Notes under the pieces: generated by a model
Seen by the model: the letters and a program-made list of their open reading frames with translations, nothing else
Told to the model about the DNA's origin: nothing
Databases searched by the model: none
Position numbers and translations under genes: made by a program
Part shown: positions 57,599 through 64,000 of the stretch, piece after piece
Layout: each line of letters starts with the position of its first letter
How positions within the stretch are numbered: the stretch's first letter is position 1
NCBI GenBank assembly: GCA_963790205.1
Contig: CAWBNQ010000003.1
Coordinates: 480,001 to 544,000, forward strand
Direction of reading: 5' to 3'
Origin: Nitrospirota bacterium
GTDB taxonomy: Bacteria; Nitrospirota; UBA9217
Length of the DNA stretch: 64,000 bases

Positions 57599-58813
57599 AT
57601 GACCACGCGCATCGTAATCGTCGGCGGCGGTTTCGGCGGACTCGAGGCGGCCTTCTCCCTCAAGGGGCTCCTCAAGCGGCCTTTTGAGATCACCCTCATA
57701 GACCGGAGCGCCTATCATGCTTTTATCCCTTCGATCCATTTGATCGTATCAGGCAAAGTGAGCGCTGATAGTATCCGGATCCCCCTCAAGGCCGTGCTCG
57801 GGGCCGCGGGCATGATGTTCGTCCAGGACGAGGCGCTGACCGTGAACACGAAAAAGCGGGAAGTGACGACCGGCAACAGGACGCTCCCCTACGATTATCT
57901 CGTTATATCCAGCGGCGCGGAAAACAATTACTTCGGCGTGCCCGGCGCGGAGGAGTTTTCCTATCGCTTCCGCACGCCCGGGGACGCCGAACGCATCCGG
58001 GAGAAACTGGTGCAAATGCTCGCCACGGAGGCGGCTTGCCGCATCGTCCTGGCCGGGGGAGGCACCGAAGGGGTTGAAGTCATCGGAGAGGTGATCGATC
58101 TGATACGGGGCGAGGGGCGGGAAGAGGACCTGAAATCGGGCCGGATCGCGATCGACATGATCGAGGAAAAAACGCGTCTGCTTCCCAATTTCCCGATTGA
58201 GGTCCAGGACATCGTCGAAGAGTATTTGCGCGGGCAGGGCGTATCCTTGATCGCCGGCGACCGTATATCCGAAGTCGGAAAGGACGGCGTCGTGCTGGGC
58301 TCGGGACAGAACCGCGAGGCATCGATCCTCATCTGGTCAGGCGGCATCCAGCCCTCGAAGTTCATTCGCGAGCTGCCGCATTTAAAAGATCCCGGGGGAT
58401 GGCTCACGGTAACGGGCCTGCTCCACGCTCCAAAAGACGAACGGGTCTACGGGATCGGTGACGCGGTCGGCATTTCCAGCGATGACGGCCCGCTCGCGCT
58501 CCAGCGGCTCGCCTATCACGCCCAGGACCAGGCCCGCGTGGCGGCGCTCAACATCGCAGCGGACATCAGCGGCAGCGAAAAGGTGGCGTACAAACCCAGG
58601 ACCAGGCCGCAGCTTATCTCCATCGGCAGGGACATGGGGATCTTCACCCTCGAAGACCGGGTCTATTCCGGCCCCTGGGTGGTGACGCTCAAGAAGGCCG
58701 TGGAGAGAAAGCACCTCATGGCGTATCTCTCCAGGCCTGTTTCGTCGGCGATCTGGTCGCTGCTCCCGGGCGCGGGACTTGTCCGGCGCATGATGGCACG
58801 GATGTCCTCATAA
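57599..58813 (+). CDS. NDH-2-like NAD(P)/FAD-dependent oxidoreductase
   Basis: IVIVGGGFGG, YDYLVISSG, GGGTEGVE and VYGIGD motifs. Confidence 0.88.
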   Translation: MTTRIVIVGGGFGGLEAAFSLKGLLKRPFEITLIDRSAYHAFIPSIHLIVSGKVSADSIRIPLKAVLGAAGMMFVQDEALTVNTKKREVTTGNRTLPYDYLVISSGAENNYFGVPGAEEFSYRFRTPGDAERIREKLVQMLATEAACRIVLAGGGTEGVEVIGEVIDLIRGEGREEDLKSGRIAIDMIEEKTRLLPNFPIEVQDIVEEYLRGQGVSLIAGDRISEVGKDGVVLGSGQNREASILIWSGGIQPSKFIRELPHLKDPGGWLTVTGLLHAPKDERVYGIGDAVGISSDDGPLALQRLAYHAQDQARVAALNIAADISGSEKVAYKPRTRPQLISIGRDMGIFTLEDRVYSGPWVVTLKKAVERKHLMAYLSRPVSSAIWSLLPGAGLVRRMMARMSS

Positions 58814-58888
58814 GGCCGTTCGCGCGAATTGTTTCCGGACTCACCCTTGACAAGGGCTGTCCGCCGAAGCAGGCGCATGAAGCAAAAG

Positions 58889-58913
58889 AAAAGGGGCCCG
58901 AAGGCCCCTTTTT
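58889..58913. terminator. Bidirectional terminator
   Basis: AAAAGGGGCC-cgaa-GGCCCCTTTT between convergent genes. Confidence 0.8.
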
Positions 58914-58935
58914 CTATTTTTATGTCATTTCTCCG

Positions 58936-61900
58936 TTATGGGGCAGTAAAGAGCGGCGCCTCGATAGTGGCGCTGTTGCCGTTCAGATCATTAACGCCGA
59001 TTTGCCACTGATACGTCACCCCGGTCGAAAGGGCCGACTGCGAGGCGCTCCCGTCCACATTGTACAAGACCGAGGTCGTCGTCAGGGTCCCATTCTGCGG
59101 ATAGTTCCACACAAAGCCCCCGTTGTTCTGGCCCACGAAAATATTATAGGAGTTGAAATTCGTGGGCAACGGGCTCGGCGCCGTCCAGGTGAACGTGGGC
59201 GTGTCGACGTTCGTGGCGTTCAAGTTTGTCGCAAAGTTGTCGAGCACGGCGGTCACTGTCGCGTTCAGGGTTTCTGATGTCCCGTCCGAGTAGGCGACTG
59301 CGAAGGCATAGGAATCACCCACCGTCGGCCTGACCGAGCCGAGGTTGATATAGAGATAGCCCTGCTGCCCGGCCTCCAGATCCAGGGGGACCGGGGTATT
59401 CGGCCCTGAGGTGAGCGTTGCCGCTACCGGCAGCTTCACATTGCCGGAAACCTGAATTTGCTGCAAGCTGTAAGATTCATTGCTGTTGTAGTCCTTGAAG
59501 TGGCTGGTGCTTACATTGGCGAATGCGTTTGCGCCCGAGAGCGTTTGGTTCACTCCCGATAAATTGCCGCTTACGGTCACTGAACTATTATTGCCGTTCG
59601 TATTGCCGATGTCCCCGAGGTCTATCGCGCCGTCCCCGTTCATATCGATGACGGCAATGGGCGTGTAGGTGCCGTTCGGCACGCCCGCGATGCTGTATGA
59701 CGCCGGGCTGGTTGACGGAAGAGTAACAGGCGTGAAGAATATGTGTTCTGTGCCGTTTGTCTTGCTGTCGAGGATCACGTACATTGTCTTTCCTGTGGTA
59801 AGCGTGGACGACGGGAACGAGATCGTGCCTGAAACAGTGTTCAGGCCCGTTGTCGCGTTTATGGTCGTCGAAGTCGGTGAAGACAATACGCTTTCCTGTC
59901 CATTCAGCGACGCAGTAACCGCAAAGTTATACGTTGAAGCGTTCGTAAGCCCGGACACGAATACATGACCGCTGTTATCGCTGGTTGCCGGGACCGTCAA
60001 TTTGGAGCTTGATTTGCTGACCGTGCCGGTTGCGTAGTAGATGTTGTAATGGTCGGAGAACTGATTGCCGTTGGTGTCCACAGCCGGTTTCCATTTGATA
60101 AGCGCGGTGTTGCTGCCGCGGCCTGTCACTTTTACGCTCTGGGGCGCGGGAAGCGGGGATGTCGGCGTGGGATCGGAAATCACGATGTCCGGGCTTATCA
60201 CGTCCGCATTCGTAACGCTGAAGCCGGCTGTACCGCCCAGGGGAGACGCTGCGTTTATCACCCCGGTCTCCGGGCTGCTCGTGTCCATCCAGGCCGCGAG
60301 CGAGTAATCACCCGGAGGAACGCCGCGGATGGTAAACGTCGGCGATGAAGCGAGGTCCGGGATGCTCGTACCCAGACCGGTTGTTCCGCCGCCGTTCATT
60401 TGCAGGACCACATAGACCCTTCCCGTGGAGCCGGACGAAGAGCTCACAATCCCCGAGACGGTGTAGAAGACGTTGGCGCTGAAATTCTCGTTTATGCCTC
60501 CGTTGTTCACGGTCAGCAATATGCTCGCGGGATAGAACGCGGATTCCGCTCCCGCAAGGCTCGGGGTGAGCGTGTAGTTTCCATTCGGGATATTGGAGAT
60601 GGTGTAATTCCCGCTTACGTCCGTCATTGCGGTCACGGTCGGCGACGTGTCGAGCGACAGGAGCACGCCCGGGAGCCAGGTGCTGCCGCCGAAGGTGTTG
60701 AGATACACCGTCCCGGAAATGTTGTAGCCGGTCCCGGTGGCGGCAATGAAGTTGACGCCCGTGATGTCGGCGCTGAGGAACTGCGCGCTGGGCGAAGAGA
60801 AAGTGTAGCCCGTCTCGGAGGCGGTTATGGTATAGGTCTGCCCGCTCAGCAGGTTCGGGATCGCGTAATTGCCGTTTGCGTCGGTCGTTGTGATGCCTCC
60901 GGCGCCGCCGGTCGCCGTTACGGTGACGCCCGGGAAGCCGATGCCGTTGAAGGTCACTTGTCCCGAGATGCCGTACGTCGGGAGAGGCGAGCCCGTGAAG
61001 TTGTTGCCAATAGAGTCCGCACCGGAAATAGTGACCGGTATGCTCGTGGGGCTGAATGTGTAGGTTGCAAGAGACGCTACGACCGAATACGTTCCGTCCG
61101 CGATATTGGAGAAACTATACTGACCGCCGTTGGTCGTCGTCGTGCTGGTTACAAGGTCGCCGCTTAAATTCACCGTGACCCCATCCGCGATTGCGCCGCT
61201 CACGGTGCCTGAGATGTGGTATGTCGGGATGACCGATGCAGTGAAATCAAGGGCCGCAGGGTCCGTGCTCGTTATCGTGACGGGCTGACTTGTTCCCGTG
61301 CTGAAGGTGTACCCGTACTTCGACGGAGTGACGGTGTACGATCCCGGAGAGAGGTTCGTGAAGCTGTAGTGGCCTCCGTTGGTCGTCGTGGTGCTGGTCA
61401 CAAGGTCTCCGCTCAAATTCATCGTGACCCCGTCGGCGATCGCGCCGCCCACCGTGCCGGAGAGGGTGAAGATCGAACTTCCCGGCGTATAGAACGGCGC
61501 CTCCAGGGTGGCGGTGTTGTTGTTCGCATCGGCCACGCTGACCATCCAGCCGTACGCTGTCCCGCCCGCAAGGGACGCAGGATTGGCTTTCCCGTCCGTA
61601 TTGTATGTGACCGTGGTCTGCGAGAACACGCCGTCTTGCGGATACTCCCAGACCGTGCCGCCCATATCCTGGAACACCGAGAGGGAATAGGCGGCATTTG
61701 CAGGCGGCGAAACCGGCGCCGTCCAACTGAAGGTCGGCGTGCCGTCGTTCGGCACGGGTGTGACCGTAAGCGTTTGAGCGAAGCTGTCGAGCACCGCGGT
61801 GACCGCCGAGGCAAGAGTTTCCGAAGATGCGTCGGAATAGGAGACCGAGAAACTATAGTTGTCTCCCGGAGAGGGCCTGTCCGTACCGAAGTCGATAAAG

Positions 61901-64000
61901 AGCATCGAGCCGTTGGCCGTGGTGTCCAGGTCCGTGGGGCCCAGGACATTGGGCCCCGTAAGGGACGCCTGCACCGGGAGTTTCTCATTTCCAATGACGC
62001 CGATATTCCGCAGGCTGTACGATTCGCTTCCCGTACTGTCCTTGCTGTGGTTGGTGCTTAACCGGGGGGATGCGTTCGCCCCCGAGAGCGTCTGGTCCAC
62101 TCCGGCTGTCAGGGAACCGCCGGAGACAGTGACGAAGGCGTTGTTGGAATTCGTATTGCTGATGTCCCCGATGTCGTTCGTGTTGTCGTTGTTCATGTCG
62201 ATTACGGCAAAGGGCGTGTATGAGCCGTCAGGAATGCCGGCGATGCTGTAGGTTGCAGAAGTGCTTAAAAGGTTGGCAATCGGCGCGAAGAATACGCCGT
62301 TCGTGTCGCTGTAGACGCCAACGATCATGTTTTTCCCGTCTGCCGCAGCCGGGTAATAAACAGTACCCGAGATGCCGTTCAATCCCGCGGTCGCGCCGAT
62401 GGTCGCCGTGGCTTCGGAGGACAACGAGCTTTCGGCCCCGCCCAGGACCGCTGTTATGGCGAAGTGATACACTTGCGTGTTCGTGAGCGCGCTCACGATC
62501 GCCATGGCGTCCCCGGCGCCGTTTGCTGTTACGGTCATATGGGAGCTCAACGTAGTGACAGGGTTCGTGTCGTAATAGACGTTGAAATGATCGGCAAGCA
62601 GCTTGCCGTTATTGTCCATGGGCGGCTTCCACATGATAAAGGCGGTCGCATTCCCCGGAAATGCCTTGATGTTCGCCGGCGCGGACGGTGTCGGCAAAGA
62701 CACCGGATCGGCCATGGTAATGGTCTGGCCGGTGATGTCCGCATTGCTGATATTGACGGACGATATGCTGCCCGTGGGAGACGATACGAGCTGCGCGCCG
62801 GTTTCAGGACTGCTCGTGTCCATCCAGGCGGCAAGCGAATAATTCCCCGGAGGAACGCCGCGTATCGTGAATGTCTGTGATGAAACGATACTGGGCCACG
62901 GGATGCTCGTTCCGAGGCCGGTGGACCAGCCGCCGTTATTGCCCACGCTGACATAGACCCTGCCCGTTTGAGTGCCGGAGGGATAGCTTACGATCCCGGA
63001 CAGGGCGAACGTAACGCGCGCGCCGAAGTTCTGGTTCGGCTGGTCCGCATTGCTCATTGTCACCGGCAGACTCGTGGGATAGAACTTTGCGTTCGTTCCC
63101 GCGAAGCTCGGAGTAAGCGTGTATGTGGCGTCCGGAATATTGGAGAGAGAGAAATTTCCATTGCCGTCCGTAACGACGGTTGTTGTCGGCGAAGTATCGA
63201 GCGTCAGGAGCACGCCCTGAAGCCCCAGGCCTCCGCTGAGGCCGAGGACATTCACGGTCCCGGAAAGGGTATGGCCCGATCCGGCAGCGGTGGAGAAGTT
63301 GACGCCGATAATATCGGAGCCACCGATTGCTTGAACGCTATTTGCCGGAGTGAACGAATAGTTCGTTTTCGAGGTCGTTATGGTGTAGGTATACCCGCTC
63401 AGGAGGCCCGCTATGGTGTAATTACCATTGGCATCGGTAGTCGTCGAGCTGCCGAACGTGCCGGCCGCTGTTACGGTTACGCCCGGGAATCCTATGCCGC
63501 CAAACGTCACCTGGCCCGAGATTCTCTGCGTGATAAGCGGCGTTTCCGTGAAGTTAACGACAAGGTCCGTGTCCGTGATCGTGACCGGCTGGCTAACCGA
63601 CGGGCTGAATGTGTACGTTGCAAGAGAGGCGATCACCGAGTATGTGCCGGGGGCCTGATCGGGGAAGCTGTACAAGCCGCCACCGCTTGTGGTGGTCGTG
63701 GCCAATGTTACTATTCCGGCGCTGTCCATCAAATTCACCGTGACCCCGTCGGGGACTGCGCCGCTGATCGTGCCCGAGATGTTGAAGATTGCGCCTCCGG
63801 AAGTATAGGTCGTCTGATACGTCGCGCTGTTCCCGGCCGTATCATTCACGGTGATCTGCCAGTTATAGGCCGTATCGGGCGAAATGGTGGAAGTTGCCCT
63901 GCTGTCCACGTTGAATTGGACCGAGGTCTGAGAGCCCGGCATGTCCACGCCGCTGTTCGGATAGTTCCACAACTGGCCGGCGTTGTTCTGGTTTACCTGG
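58936..64000 (-). CDS. Giant repetitive surface/secreted protein (carboxypeptidase-regulatory-like and FN3-like beta-sandwich modules); 5' end beyond the window
   Basis: Frame is open from 63999; more than 1680 aa, Thr/Ser/Gly-rich; repeated ISGTV...TTDANGNY...GTYTV units and DxNxD loops. Confidence 0.88.
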   Translation of the reverse strand, partial: QVNQNNAGQLWNYPNSGVDMPGSQTSVQFNVDSRATSTISPDTAYNWQITVNDTAGNSATYQTTYTSGGAIFNISGTISGAVPDGVTVNLMDSAGIVTLATTTTSGGGLYSFPDQAPGTYSVIASLATYTFSPSVSQPVTITDTDLVVNFTETPLITQRISGQVTFGGIGFPGVTVTAAGTFGSSTTTDANGNYTIAGLLSGYTYTITTSKTNYSFTPANSVQAIGGSDIIGVNFSTAAGSGHTLSGTVNVLGLSGGLGLQGVLLTLDTSPTTTVVTDGNGNFSLSNIPDATYTLTPSFAGTNAKFYPTSLPVTMSNADQPNQNFGARVTFALSGIVSYPSGTQTGRVYVSVGNNGGWSTGLGTSIPWPSIVSSQTFTIRGVPPGNYSLAAWMDTSSPETGAQLVSSPTGSISSVNISNADITGQTITMADPVSLPTPSAPANIKAFPGNATAFIMWKPPMDNNGKLLADHFNVYYDTNPVTTLSSHMTVTANGAGDAMAIVSALTNTQVYHFAITAVLGGAESSLSSEATATIGATAGLNGISGTVYYPAAADGKNMIVGVYSDTNGVFFAPIANLLSTSATYSIAGIPDGSYTPFAVIDMNNDNTNDIGDISNTNSNNAFVTVSGGSLTAGVDQTLSGANASPRLSTNHSKDSTGSESYSLRNIGVIGNEKLPVQASLTGPNVLGPTDLDTTANGSMLFIDFGTDRPSPGDNYSFSVSYSDASSETLASAVTAVLDSFAQTLTVTPVPNDGTPTFSWTAPVSPPANAAYSLSVFQDMGGTVWEYPQDGVFSQTTVTYNTDGKANPASLAGGTAYGWMVSVADANNNTATLEAPFYTPGSSIFTLSGTVGGAIADGVTMNLSGDLVTSTTTTNGGHYSFTNLSPGSYTVTPSKYGYTFSTGTSQPVTITSTDPAALDFTASVIPTYHISGTVSGAIADGVTVNLSGDLVTSTTTTNGGQYSFSNIADGTYSVVASLATYTFSPTSIPVTISGADSIGNNFTGSPLPTYGISGQVTFNGIGFPGVTVTATGGAGGITTTDANGNYAIPNLLSGQTYTITASETGYTFSSPSAQFLSADITGVNFIAATGTGYNISGTVYLNTFGGSTWLPGVLLSLDTSPTVTAMTDVSGNYTISNIPNGNYTLTPSLAGAESAFYPASILLTVNNGGINENFSANVFYTVSGIVSSSSGSTGRVYVVLQMNGGGTTGLGTSIPDLASSPTFTIRGVPPGDYSLAAWMDTSSPETGVINAASPLGGTAGFSVTNADVISPDIVISDPTPTSPLPAPQSVKVTGRGSNTALIKWKPAVDTNGNQFSDHYNIYYATGTVSKSSSKLTVPATSDNSGHVFVSGLTNASTYNFAVTASLNGQESVLSSPTSTTINATTGLNTVSGTISFPSSTLTTGKTMYVILDSKTNGTEHIFFTPVTLPSTSPASYSIAGVPNGTYTPIAVIDMNGDGAIDLGDIGNTNGNNSSVTVSGNLSGVNQTLSGANAFANVSTSHFKDYNSNESYSLQQIQVSGNVKLPVAATLTSGPNTPVPLDLEAGQQGYLYINLGSVRPTVGDSYAFAVAYSDGTSETLNATVTAVLDNFATNLNATNVDTPTFTWTAPSPLPTNFNSYNIFVGQNNGGFVWNYPQNGTLTTTSVLYNVDGSASQSALSTGVTYQWQIGVNDLNGNSATIEAPLFTAP

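Overview
A GC-rich bacterial window; the gene content suggests an anaerobic Nitrospirota- or Desulfobacterota-like organism, but that is inference only. Housekeeping blocks: the distal complex I operon (nuoF-G-H-I-J-K-L-M-N), class II ribonucleotide reductase, a split glutamate synthase operon, an RpoD-like sigma factor, pyrF-pyrE, nfi, sixA, and the 3' part of a giant repetitive surface-protein gene. c-di-GMP signalling is represented by PilZ, REC-PilZ and GGDEF genes and a c-di-GMP-I riboswitch. The most informative part is the mobile DNA at 39-49 kb. (1) Two apparently identical IS110-family (IS1111-like) elements are each inserted at a TCT core within a dispersed palindromic repeat. Their downstream non-coding region folds into a bridge/seek-RNA-like loop whose two unpaired strands match the left and right target flanks, and the predicted circle junction creates a TTGCTT-N17-TATGAT promoter. 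(2) A tyrosine-recombinase plus IS91-type HUH transposase element is bounded by 21-bp inverted repeats that begin with integron-type GTTRRRY cores. It sits like a first gene cassette between an internally deleted integron integrase and an attC-like hairpin. There are several MITE/REP families and intergenic 7-9-mer repeats. Four genes carry single +1 frameshifts, probably sequencing errors. No tRNA, rRNA or CRISPR array was seen.
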